DNA from: Macrostomum lignano
Lineage: Eukaryota
Assembly (NCBI GenBank): GCA_002269645.1
Contig: NIVC01000006.1
Coordinates: 62,001-126,000, forward strand
Length of the DNA: 64,000 bases
Direction: 5' to 3'
Within the stretch, counting starts at the first letter, position 1, and each line of letters starts with the position of its first letter. This document shows, piece by piece, positions 1 to 11,800 of this stretch. The position numbers and the translations under genes were made by a program. The notes beneath the pieces are model-generated. The model did not search any database, was not told the origin of the DNA, and saw only the letters and a list, made by a program, of their open reading frames with translations.

Positions 1-1307
1 ATCCATTCCAACTCGGACTGGAAGGTGTGTTTAGCCCAAGCGCGATTTTGTAAATGCATATTCTGGCTCAGATCTGGCCGCTTTAATCGACTTGAAAGAA
101 CACGCTTTACTTTACACTGAGCTGCCGCACGACATGGCAAGCTGTTGTTAATTTACTCGCTTTATTCTTGTACGGACCATCGAGTGTGCATTTATGCTAC
201 GCGAGCGCGTCGCAACACTTTCGACTGACTGTTGATTGAAACTTCTGTCATTGTGTTGTAATTTTTGTTTTTTTTTCAACAAAAAGACGAGCGGTCTGTT
301 TTAAGCAAATGCATACTCTGGCCCGTACACGAAGCGACTGTTCGACTTTGAGATGCTCCCCGAAATTCACCCCCAGTTTGTTGTGTTACCTGCTTGTTTG
401 CCCGACCTTCGGTGGGTACCAGAGACTGCAGTTTGTGCCGAGATTAACAACTTCCAACTGCTGAATTCGACCGCCTAAATGCATTCTCTGGCCCATCGGG
501 TCACTCGAGGCTTGATCGACTGCCACTTCCCATTCGATTTGTTTCTTACTCTCCCTATCCCAATTTTCCCCAACTATCGCAAAGCAAAAGATTATTGCCT
601 GCGTACTGGCTTGTGCATTTCTACCGAGTCCAAGTTTGGCTTGCCAAGTATAAATGCATGATCTGGTATGTAAACCATAATCTGAGCGCGTCCGTGATGT
701 GTCTTTGCCATTGTTTTAACAATAATTGCGGTATGAGATCGAAACATATTAAAATATAATTTCAAGTCGCTCTTCATACTTTTAACACTTTGTTCTGTCA
801 TCTTTATTATTTAATCAATTGATTCGAAAAACTTGCTTATATTTATGATATTATAAGAGTGACTAAATAAAGATTAGCAGCTGACAGCTACTTGAAAGAG
901 ACCAATAGTTATGACTACTAAATCTCTTAATTTATCTAATCAATTATAATTATCAATACGCTCGTACATCGGGTCTAGAGTAAAGAAACTCTGTTAAACT
1001 CAAAGAGCAACATTTCGCATTAACACGTGCTCTGCAAAATTGAAAAAGCAGCTCCGATATCTGGAAAATAAGTCCGTTTAAATTGTGTCCGTGTCATATT
1101 TCGACTGAAGTCCCGTCAGATGACGCTTAATCTCAGCAGCAGGTGTTACTTGCACACCGTTTTCACCGGTTCGTCGCACACTTTTGTCGTGGTGGTGTAC
1201 ACGCGCTGAAGTTGGTTTAGCGAACAAATTGAATCTGATAGATTTTGTGTCTCAAAATTGACAGTTCGTTGCTGAAAATACATTTATGACAGACGCCTTG
1301 TTACTTC

Positions 1308-2262
1308 GGGCTGCCATTCCTGTCCCCCCATCCTTCAGGCTGTCATGACTGTTCCCCCCGGTCATTCAAGCTGGCATTCCTGTTCCCCCCGGTCCTTCAA
1401 GCTGGCATTCCTGTCCCCCCCCCCGATCCTTCAAGCTGGCATTCCTGTTCCCCCCGGTCCTTCAAGCTGGCATTCCTGTTCCCCCCCCCGGTCCTTCAAG
1501 CTGGCATTCCTGTTCCCCCCGGTCCTTCAAGCTGGCATTCCTGTTCCCCCCGGTTCTTCAAGCTGGCATTCCTGTTCCCTCCGGTTCTTCAAGCTGGCAT
1601 TCCTGTTCCCTCCGGTCCTTCAAGCTGGCATGCCTGTTCCCCCGGTCCTTCAAGCTGACATGCCTGTTCCCCCGGTCCTTCAAGCTGACATGCCTGTTCC
1701 CCCGGTCCTTCAAGCTGGCATGCCTGTTCCCCCCGGTCCTTCAAGCTGGCATGACTGTTCCCCCCGGTCCTTCAAGCTGGCATGCCTGTTCCCCCCGGTC
1801 CTTCAAGCTGGCATGACTGTTCCCCCGGTCCTTCAAGCTGGCATTCCTGTTCCCCCCGGTCCTTCAAGCTGGCATGCCTGTTCCCCCGGTCCTTCAAGCT
1901 GGCATGCCTGTTCCCCCGGTCCTTCAAGCTGGCATGCCTGTTCCCCCGGTCCTTCAAGCTGGCATGCCTGTTCCCCCCGGTCCTTCAAGCTGGCATGACT
2001 GTTCCCCCCGGTCCTTCAAGCTGGCATGCCTGTTCCCCACCCCCGGTCCTTCAAGCTGGCATGCCTGTTCCCCCCGGTCCTTCAAGCTGGCATGACTGTT
2101 CCCCCCGGTCCTTCAAGCTGGCATTCCTGTTCCCCCCGGTCCTTCAAGCTGGCATGCCTGTTCCCCCCGGTCCTTCAAGCTGGCATGCCTGTTCCCCCCG
2201 GTCCTTCAAGCTGGCATGCCTGTTCCCCCCCGGTCCTTTAAGCTGGCATGCCTGTTCCCCTG
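1308..2262. repeat. Minisatellite, ~30-bp unit (CnGGTCCTTCAAGCTGGCATGCCTGTT), ~31 copies
   Basis: Direct tandem repetition with variable C-run length (frequent indels); explains ORFs 1345-2291. Confidence 0.95.
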
Positions 2263-2328
2263 TTCTTTCAGACATGGCTATCTTCATTTAGCTCAGACTT
2301 GGATTTCACTAATCACTTTATAAAGATT

Positions 2329-2844
2329 TTATTTGCGCCTCGATGATGCATTTATTTTTACTTTCTGAACCATAACGCAGCAGGATTTTTTAGGCTTGCA
2401 GGGCTTGTTGCAGACTGGCGCGCGCGGCTTGCAGACTGGCGCGCGGAGCTTGCAGACTGGCGCGCAGGGCTTGCAGACTGGCGCGCAGGGCTTGCAGACT
2501 GGCGCGCAGGGTTTGCAGACTGGCGCGCAGGGCTTGCAGACTGGCGCGCAGGGCTTGCAGACTGGCGCGCAGGGCTTGCAGACTGGCGCGCAGGGCTTGC
2601 AGACTGGCGCGCAGGGTTTGCAGACTGGCGCGCAGGGTTTGCAGACTGGCGCGCAGGGCTTGCACTCAGTTTTTTTGCAGCTGCTGTTACTGCTTGATGA
2701 GGAAGATGATGAAGAAGACGATGAGCTCGAAGAAGAAGAAGAAGAGGAACAGGAAGGCATGGCGTTCGATTTCGATGACTTCTTTGCTGTGTTTTTTGTT
2801 TTTATGCGCTGGACTTTAACCGTTATTGGGCAGAGGTGCGAAGT
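2329..2844 (-). CDS. Exon or short gene encoding a Ser-rich, Cys/Pro-repeat protein, (CKPCAPV)x12
   Basis: ORF 2760-2329 (ATG), extendable in frame to acceptor tttcag|ACT at 2844. The poly-Ser run uses mixed TCN and AGY codons. The 21-nt units vary synonymously (AAG/AAA Lys). Unique Cys/Lys-rich flanks (SCKKTE, CNKPCKPKKSCC). Confidence 0.65.
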   Translation of the reverse strand, partial: TSHLCPITVKVQRIKTKNTAKKSSKSNAMPSCSSSSSSSSSSSSSSSSSSSSNSSCKKTECKPCAPVCKPCAPVCKPCAPVCKPCAPVCKPCAPVCKPCAPVCKPCAPVCKPCAPVCKPCAPVCKPCAPVCKLRAPVCKPRAPVCNKPCKPKKSCCVMVQKVKINASSRRK

Positions 2845-3420
2845 CTGAAATTGGGGTTATAGTTTGTAAATTACGCGCAAGTTTAAATTTCTGAATTATG
2901 AATACGAAAATGAAAGAAAATTAGCGCAGGGAAAATTACAAACTTACAATTGTTTTAGTAATCCAGAAAAAATACTAGCAAAATCAAACAAATCCAATGT
3001 TTATTTCAAATTTAATTTTTAGAATCCGATTAAACTAATCCATGTAACATAGGCTAACTGAGAAATGAGATGAAAAGTACATGCAAAAATCTTGAATTGT
3101 GTCAATAAGGTATTGTATTGGACCTGTGAAGTGATAAATCCGGACAGTCGATTGCATTTTTTTAAAAGCTGCAATTAAGTGTGTTCATTTACTTGTACAG
3201 TATGCAAGCCTACTGAATAACTTAAGTAGCGTGTTTCGAGAGTATGAGCTTAATTAAGTATATTTAAATTAATTTAAAATAAAAAGGTTAATTTGTCATC
3301 AGATAATGAATGATGAAAATTTGGAAAAAAAACTCAACAAGACTTCAATTTCATATTTTAATAGCACAGTTCGGAAATAAAGAAAACACTTAGTCACATA
3401 CAGCCGTTCGTTGTACTACT

Positions 3421-3785
3421 GAAGAATCTAAGGAAGGGCAGTGACACCCCACTGTAGAATCTAAGGAAGGGCAGTGACAACCCACTGCAGAATCTAAGGA
3501 AGGGCAGTGACACCCCACTGCAGAATCTAAGGAAGGGCAGTGACACCTCACTGCAGAATCTAAGGAAGGGCAGTGACACCCCACTGCAGAATCTAAGGAA
3601 GGGCTGTGAAACCCCACTGAAGAATCTAAGGAAGGGCAGTGACACCCCACTGCAGAATCTAAGGAAGGGCAGTGACACCTCACTGCAGAATCTAAGGAAG
3701 GGCAGTGACACCTCACTGCAGAATCTAAGGAAGGGCAGTGACACCTCACTGCAGAATCTAAGGAAGGGCAGTGACACTCCACAGG
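3421..3785. repeat. Minisatellite, 33-bp unit (GAATCTAAGGAAGGGCAGTGACACCCCACTGCA), ~11 copies
   Basis: Direct tandem repetition. Confidence 0.95.
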
Positions 3786-3846
3786 TATATTCAAACAGTG
3801 ATTCATAGGTTCAGCGATTGTTTTGTTTCGCTGTCAACTCATCTTT

Positions 3847-4240
3847 CTAAGCCTTCTTGCTAGAAACTTTGCCGTAGTGCCGGAACGCCGAGGTCGGTGT
3901 CGGCTCGTCTGCATCCGCGGCGGCGGCGGCAGCAGCAGAAGCGGCGCGACCGCCGAGTTCGTCGTTAGCTGACAGGCGATGATGGTGCTGGTGCAGGTGA
4001 TGCGGATGCGACCGGTGATCCCGGTAGTGCGGCGGCGAGCTGCACCTCGTGACGCCGCTGGCAGCTTCGACATTGTGTCGCCTGGTGGCCAGGTGCCGTC
4101 GCGTCCCGCCGTACTCCTCGGGAGTCTCTGCCGCCGATGTTGAATTGCCGGCTGGTCTACAGTTGCTGGCCGAAGTCTGCTTTGAGAGGAGGTCGGAGCG
4201 AAAATGATTGTCCAGAACTACGGCTCGTACTTTACAATTT
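3847..4240 (-). CDS. Probable exon of an unidentified gene (His/Ala-rich low complexity)
   Basis: GC-rich open frame (HPHHLHQHHH, AAAAAAA) resembling the other exons in the window. No domain recognised; splice sites not resolved. Confidence 0.35.
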
Positions 4241-4251
4241 GTAGTGTACGC

Positions 4252-4527
4252 CCGTACCCAAGTACCCAAGTACCCAAAGTACCCAAGTACCCAAGTACCC
4301 AAAGTACTCAAGTACTCAAGTACCCAAGTACCCAAGTACCCAAAGTACCCAAGTACACAAAGTACCCAAGTACCCAAGTACCCAAGTACTCAAGTACCCA
4401 AAGTACCCAAGTACCCAAGTACCCAAGTACCCAAAGTACCCAAGTACCCAAAGTACCCAAGTACCCAAGTACACAAATTACCCAAGTACCCAAGTACCCA
4501 AGTACCCAAGTACACAAAGTACCCAAA
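4252..4527. repeat. Short tandem repeat GTACCCAA(A), 8/9-bp units
   Basis: Direct repetition. Confidence 0.95.
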
Positions 4528-4875
4528 GCGGCATCGGCAATGACTGCAGTGCCCAAGCCCCCCTGCGATCAACTTCCTCAACAGAGGCGGGGCAAAATCA
4601 GAACGAGGTGCCGAGCCAAACAGCACGATTGTCGGACGAATTCTGTGCCCGTCTCGATGAAAAAATAGTGGCGCAATATTTTAGCCCTTGTCAAGGCCCC
4701 CATCAGCTGTCGGACCCAGCTGCAAGTGGGCCTGGACGCGGAAGTTCTCTGAAGGATGTAATCGCTGGCTTAATTTTACTTGACACAGCTGCGCCTCTGT
4801 CCGACACTTGTGCTCTGTAGCTCGCTTGCTCTGACAGTTTACACTGAGGGCTGCTTAGCGATGGTTTACACCGGC

Positions 4876-5092
4876 GGGGAGAGATGGAGACCGGGGAGAG
4901 ATGGAGACCGGGGAGAGATGGAGACCGGGGAGAGATGGAGACCGGAGAGAGATGGAGACCGGGGAGAGATGGAGACCGGGGAGAGATGGAGACCGGGGAG
5001 AGATGGAGACCGGGGAGAGATGGAGACCGGGGAGAGATGGAGATCGGGGAGAGAGGGAGACCGGGGAGAGAGGGAGACCAGAGAGAGAGGGA
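4876..5092. repeat. Minisatellite, 17-bp unit GAGATGGAGACCGGGGA
   Basis: Direct repetition, ~12 copies. Confidence 0.95.
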
Positions 5093-5289
5093 TTGAGATC
5101 AGCTAGATGCGGGATAAAGGGGCTCGCTAGCATGAGCGAGTTCAGATGGGCACTCACACTAGGTGAGGATCAGAGAAGGGAAGTATAGTTTGTTTCCGGA
5201 TCCCTAAACCCAACGCACTACATACTGTAAGTAGGCTGTTAAGAGCACAATTAGGGCAAATATAAGAAAGTGACCAAAGCCAGAAAAGC

Positions 5290-5582
5290 ATTCGAACCCT
5301 GTAGTGATGATGCTGCAGGCTGTGCTCATCTCGATTCATCCGGCTCGAGCTGGACGTCCTTCGGCGCCTTATCGACAGCAGCTCCCCGCACGGGTCGACG
5401 TCCGCAGCTTCGTGGTGACCAGCGGCTGAAGCCCCGGTCGGCCGGGACGAGTTCAGCAGCTGCTGCCTGCTCGGGCGCAGCCGGCTCTGCGCGTCGTGGT
5501 AACAGGCAGTGTCTTCGTCGTTGTCGCGTTCTTCGCTGTTGTAGGACTCGTACACATGCTGCGTCCTGCGGCGTTCGCTTTG
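5290..5582 (-). CDS. Probable exon of an unidentified minus-strand gene
   Basis: GC-rich open frame (VYESYNSEERDNDEDTAC...HHHYR). Candidate acceptors at 5582 and 5565; only 5565 is in phase with the donor at 6159. Confidence 0.35.
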
Positions 5583-5597
5583 CTGATAGAGTGACTC

Positions 5598-5637
<40 letters not shown>

Positions 5638-5646
5638 GCTAACTAG

Positions 5647-5677
<31 letters not shown>

Positions 5678-5736
5678 GCTAGCTAACTAACTAACTAACT
5701 AACTAGCTAACTAGCTAACTAACTAACTAATTATCG

Positions 5737-5782
<46 letters not shown>

Positions 5783-5824
5783 CTAACTGACTAACTAACT
5801 AACTAACTAACTAGCTATAACTAG

Positions 5825-5866
<42 letters not shown>

Positions 5867-5895
5867 GACTAACTAGCTAACTAACTAACTAACTG

Positions 5896-5948
<53 letters not shown>

Positions 5949-5978
5949 CTAACTAACTAACTAACTAGCTATAACTAG

Positions 5979-6020
<42 letters not shown>

Positions 6021-6030
6021 GACTAACTAG

Positions 6031-6072
<42 letters not shown>

Positions 6073-6122
6073 TTCTAACTATCTAACTAACTAAATAACT
6101 ATCTAACTAACTGACTAACTAA
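5598..6122. repeat. (TAAC)n microsatellite with TAGC/TGAC variants
   Basis: Direct repetition; lies between two candidate exons. Confidence 0.97.
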
Positions 6123-6158
6123 TACCTCGCTGCAATTAGCTAAAGCTAAAAAGTTCAC

Positions 6159-6595
6159 CTGTGCTGAGACGGCTCCTGCTTGTGGTGATGATGCTGGAGG
6201 TCGTGGCAGCTGCAGCCCCGGCTCAGTCCCATTGTGGACGGATCAGCAGCAGGATGTGCGGGTCCACCGTGAATGCCGCAGTGCCAGTTCACGTTGCCAC
6301 AATAAGGCCGCTGCTGCTGCTGATGTTGCAGCTGATGCTGGCACTGATAAGGCATCATGGCCGGCTGCTGCTGGAAGCTGCCGTAGCCTCCGTAGGTGCA
6401 GCCGGGATGCGCAGCCGCCGCGGCGTTCCAGCAGTAAGCGGTTCCGGGACCTCCCGGTGCGACAGCAGCGGCTGCCGACGGTGGTGGCAGGTGAATAGCA
6501 TAGCAACTGGACGACAGGCTGGACTTGTCCATGATGGAGAGCAAGGCTGAAAAGTAGATCCGTGTGAAGTCTGTTGTGTGTAGGATACTGGCCAC
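6159..6595 (-). CDS. Probable first coding exon of an unidentified Ala/Gln/His-rich protein
   Basis: ATG-initiated GC-rich ORF ending at donor CACAG|GTGAAC (6159); no recognisable domain. Confidence 0.45.
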
Positions 6596-6664
6596 TCAAC
6601 TACTACCTCTAGAGACTGCGGGAGTCATGGGCCGTGAAGACTTAATGGCTGTTTTAATGTGCCA

Positions 6665-7043
6665 CAGTGTGTGCCTTCAGCTCCCTTCATTGATTGTCTC
6701 AGTGTGTGCCTTCAGCTCCCTTCATTGATTGTCTCAGTGTGTGCCTTCAGCTCCCTTCATTGATTGTCTCAGTGTGTGCCTTCAGCTCCCTTCATTGATT
6801 GTCTCAGTGTGTGCCTTCAGCTCCTTTCATTGATTGTCTCAGTGTGTGCCTTCAGCTCCCTTCATTGATTGTCTCAGTGTGTGCCTTCAGCTCCCTTCAT
6901 TGATTGTCTCAGTGTGTGCCTTCAGCTCCCTTCATTGATTGTCTCAGTGTGTGCCTTCAGCTCCCTTCATTGATTGTCTCAGTGTGTGCCTTCAGCTCCC
7001 TTCATTGATTGTCTCAGTGTGTGCCTTCAGCCCCTTCATTGAA
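6665..7043. repeat. Minisatellite, 35-bp unit CAGTGTGTGCCTTCAGCTCCCTTCATTGATTGTCT, ~11 copies
   Basis: Near-perfect tandem repetition. Confidence 0.97.
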
Positions 7044-7751
7044 TAATTTCAATACTTTCCAAAAAATCATCTGTCGACTTAAATTTTAAATATTCGAATA
7101 TTTTAACCTGTTACTTGGTATAGTACAATAAAAATTTAATGAGTTGTGCCTCGTTGCAATAAAATTATTGTCTGAGTTGAAGCAGGTGAACTCTAAGACG
7201 TAAACCAAAAAAAAAGGCAATCCATTTTTAGTAAAATAATAATTAGTGCTGCTAAACAGAAATGGAAAATAAAAAGTGCATTTTTACAAAGTTGTCCATT
7301 TATTTCACGAAACAAAATTTAGTTAACGAGCCAAAAGAACTCAATAGAATATAAAAGAATCATAAAAATAACATTGTGCGTAAATTTCACGATTTAGTAG
7401 TCCTAAATACTAAGATAATACTTACAAAGTTTTAAATAACAATGGCGGTCAACGCGTAGGATAAAATGTGTTACTTTTTTGTTACAATGCGCCTCCAATG
7501 TTGGCAATTTATTAAAAAAATATAACAAAAAATCTCTTTTATTATCATGGCGGGAAGACATGGACAGCCTATCAGTTATGAGATTATAATTGATAGAATT
7601 AATTAATAAGTAATGCTAGCTTGGAATGTGCATTCAGTACAGTTGGAAGACAAAGTAACGTAGCAATCGATTGCATACATAAACTATTGGATAAAAGGCG
7701 AGATTTTTCACTTTAGTAAAACCTACTACTAAGATTTTTGCTGTGACAAAG

Positions 7752-8670
7752 TTGGGGTTGCACTGTGGGGTGTGTAGGGGTGGCATTGTGGGGTGTGTTT
7801 GGGTGGCACTGTAGAGTGTGTTGGGATTGCCCTGTAGAGTGTGTTGGGGTTGCACTGTGGGGTGTGTTGGGGTTGCACTTTAGGGTGTGTTGGAGTTGGA
7901 CTGTGGGGTGTGTTTGGGTAGCACTGTGGGGTGTGTTGGGGTGGCATTGTGGGGTGTGTTGGGGTGGCATTGTGGGGTGTGTTGGGGTTGCATTCTGACG
8001 TGTGTTGGGGTGACACTGTGGGGTGTGTTGAGGTTGCACTGTGGAGTGTGTTTGGGTTGCAAGCTGTGGGGTGTGTTGGGTGGCATTGTGGGGTGTGTTG
8101 GGTGGCATTGTGGGGTGTGTTGAGGTTGCACTGTGGGGTGTGTTTGGGTGGCACTGTAGTGTGTTGGGGTTGCACTGTGGGGTGTTGGGGTGGCATTGTG
8201 GGGTATGTTGGGGTGGCACTGTGGGGTTGCATTGTGACGTGTGTTGGGGTGACACTGTGGGGTGTGTTTGGGTGGCACTGTAGATTGTGTTGAGGTTGCA
8301 CTGTGGGGTGTGTTGGGGTTGCACTGTGGGGTGTTGGGGTGGCATTGTGGGGTATGTTGGGGTGGCACTGTGGGGTTGCATTGTGACGTGTGTTGGGGTG
8401 ACACTGTGGGGTGTGTTTGGGTGGCACTGTAGATTGTGTTGGGGTTGCACTGTGGGGTGTGTTGGGGTTGCACTGTGGGGTGTGTTGGGGTGGCACTGTA
8501 GAGTGTGTTGGGGTTGCACTGTAGGGTGTGTTTGGGTGGCACTGTAGAGTGTGTTGGGGTTGCACTGTAGGGTGTGTTTGGGTGGCACTGTAGAGTGTGT
8601 TGGGGTTGCACTGTGGGGTGTGTTGGGGTTGCACTTTGGGGTGTGTTGGATTTGCACTGTGGGTTTGCAA
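7752..8670. repeat. G/T-rich minisatellite, ~23-bp unit CTGTGGGGTGTGTTGGGGTTGCA
   Basis: Degenerate tandem repetition; explains ORFs 7634-8745. Confidence 0.93.
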
Positions 8671-8856
8671 TTTGGAGTGTCCTTCGAGTTAATCAGGCGT
8701 TTTAAAAGTAATGAAATTTTGAAAAATTATTTTACAAATTTGTAAATACCATTACAAAAATGGAAACTTCTCAGTCCTGCAGCTGTGTTTCGTTAAAGGT
8801 CTAAAATGAACTCAAATATTATATAGAGTAAATGGAGAGAGAGAGAGCGGTGCACT

Positions 8857-11800
8857 CTAGTCTGCATAATATGAGCCAGTCCTGCCTTTGGCGGAGGCTG
8901 CGGCTGCCTCTGTGGCGGATTGGCTGGCAGTGCCAGATTCTCTGGTGGGCTGACCTGCGGGTTGGGGAATAGCCGGGTAGATAGATGGGGAAATAGGTAG
9001 ATAGATGGGGAAAGTGGTAGATAGATGGGGAAATAGGTAGATAGATGGGGAAAGTGGTAGATAGATGGGGAAATAGGTAGATAGATGGGGAAATAGGTAG
9101 ATAGATGGGGAAAGTGGTAGATAGATGGGGAAATAGGTAGATAGATGGGGAAATAGGTAGATAGATGGGGAAAGTGGTAGATAGATGGGGAAATAGGTAG
9201 ATAGATGGGGAAATAGGTAGATAGATGGGGAAATAGGTAGATAGATGGGGAAATAGGTAGATAGATGGGGAAATAGGTAGATAGATGGGGAAATAGGTAG
9301 ATAGATGGGGAAATAAGTAGATAGATGGGGAAATAGGTAGATAGATGGGGAAAGTGGCAGATAGATAGGGAAAGTGGTAGATAGATGGGAAAGTGGCAGA
9401 TAGATGGGAAACTTGTCAGATAGACGGGAAAATGGGTAGATAGATGGGAAAAGTGGCAGATAGATGGGGAAAATTGGTAGATAGATGGGGAAAGTGGCAG
9501 ATAGATGGGGAAAGTGGCAGATAGATGGGGAAAGTGGCAGATAGATAGAGAAAGTGGCAGATAGATAGAGAAAGTGGCAGATAGATAGGGAAAGTGGCAG
9601 ATAGATGGGGAAAGTGGCAGATAGATAGAGAAAGTGGCAGATAGATAGAGAAAATTAGTAGATAGATGGGAAAAGTGGCAGATATTCATAGATCGGAAAA
9701 GTGGCAGCTGGATGGGGAAATTGGCAGATAGATGGGGAAGCGGTAGGTAGATGGCTAGAGTGGCAGTTGGCTTCGCAGTCTCACCGGACTCCAGCCCCCT
9801 GGCAGGCGAGCCAGATCTTGATCCGAAATTTCTAGAAGTACTCCGTGTTCTTTGAGTCTAGAAACGGGATGTTTGAAGATTTACTATAAATGATTTTTTG
9901 TTGCTGAAGATAATCCCACCTGTTGCTAATGATAATCCCACCTGTTGTTAACGATAATCCCACCTGTTGTTAACGATAATCCCAGCTGTTGCTAACGATA
10001 ATCCTGGCTGTTGTTAACGATAATCCTAGCTGTTGTTAACGATAATCCCAGCTGTTGTTAACGATAATCCCAGCTGTTGTTAACGATAATCCTGGCTGTT
10101 GTTAACGATAATCCGTGCTGTTGTTAACGATAATCCCTGCTGTTGTTAACGATAATCCCACCTGTTGTTAACGATAATCCCACCTGTTGTTAACGATAAT
10201 CCCAGCTGTTGTTAACGATAATCCCAGCTGTTGTTAACGATAATCCCAGCTGTTGCTAATGATAATCCCAGCTGTTGCTAACGATAATCCCACCTGTTGC
10301 TAATGATAATCCCACCTGTTGTTAACGATAATCCCACCTGTTGCTAATGATAATCCCAGCTGTTGTTAACGATAATCCCACCTGTTGTTAACGATAATCC
10401 GTGCTGTTGTTAACGATAATCCCAGCTTTTGTTAACGATAATCCAAGCTTTTGTTAACGATAATCCCACCTGTTGTTAACGATATTCCTAGCTGTTGTTA
10501 ACGATAATCCCAGCTGTTGATAACGATAATCCCAGCTGTTGTTAACGATAATCCCACCTGTTGTTAACGATAATCCCAGCTGTTGTTAACGATAATCCCA
10601 CCTGTTGTTAACGATAATCCCACCTGTTGTTAACGATAATCCCAGCTTTTGTTAACGATAATCCCACCTGTTGTTAACGATATTCCTAGCTTTTGTTAAC
10701 GATAATCCCAGCTATTGCTAACGATAATCCCTACTGTTGTTAACGATAATCCCAGCTGTTGATAACGATAATCCCACCTGTTGATAACGATAATCCCTAC
10801 TGTTGTTAACGATAATCCTAGCTGTTGTTAACGATAATCCCAGCTGTTGATAACGATAATCCTGGCTGTTGTTAACGATAATCCCTGCTGTTGTTAACGG
10901 TAATCCCAGCTGTTGTTAACGATAATCCCAGCTATTGCTAACGATAATCCCTACTGTTGTTAACGATAATCCTAGCTGTTGTTAACGATAATCCCAGCTG
11001 TTGATAACGATAATCCTTGCTGTTGTTAACGATAATCCTGGCTGTTGTTAACGATAATCCCTGCTGTTGTTAAAAATAATCCTAGCTGTTGTTAACGATA
11101 ATCCCAGCTGTTGTTAACGGTAATCCCAGCTTTTGTTAACGATAATCCCAGCTATTGCTAACGATAATCCCTACTGTTGTTAACGGTAATCCCAGCTTTT
11201 GTTAACGATAATCCCAGCTATTGCTAACGATAATCCCTACTGTTGTTAACGATAATCCTTGCTGTTGTTAACGATAATCCTGGCTGTTGTTAACGATAAT
11301 CCCTGCTGTTGTTAACGATAATCCTAGCTGTTGTTAACGATAATCCCAGATGTTGCTAACGGTAATCCCATGTAGCCAGTTACCATCAGCCGCCTCTTCA
11401 AAGCCAGCAAATCCACGTTCCATCTGACGCCAAGCTCGTAATCGCTTGCGACACTGGCAGGATTAGGGTTAGAGTTAGAGTTGGATTGGTTAGCGGTGTT
11501 AGCAGTTTCTTGTTTGGGAGATTTGCAGCCTGAGCCGCTGGTCTCTTCCTCATCTTCATCGCTGTCGCTCGTGGGAGTTGCCAGGCAGGACAGCGGGATG
11601 GCGCAGCGCGGGTTGAGCACCGTCTGGAGTTGAGTAGGGGATTGAGTAGGGGATTGAGTAGGGGATTGAGTAGGGATTGAGTAGGGGTTGAGTATAGTAG
11701 GGGATTGAGTAGGGGACTGAATAGGGTGGTTGAGTAGGGTATTGAGTAGGGTATTGAGTAGGGGATTGAGTAGGGGATTGAGTAGGGGCTTGAGTAGGGG

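Noticed and set aside
592-801. 69-aa minus-strand ORF as a gene
   Set aside because: No homology recognised, no consistent splicing to neighbouring segments, and adjacent frames are full of stops.
1345-2291. Overlapping ORFs up to 217 aa
   Set aside because: Translations of a 30-bp array with frequent indels; no unique coding flanks.
2396-2848. Plus-strand ORF with (QTGAQGL)n and an acidic tract
   Set aside because: Antisense shadow of the Cys/Pro ORF; mixed TCN/AGY Ser codons and synonymous Lys variation favour the minus frame.
7634-9689. Long His/Pro/Thr or Phe/Ile ORFs (up to 314 aa)
   Set aside because: Minisatellite translations; only 8954-8857 is a supported exon, in a different frame.
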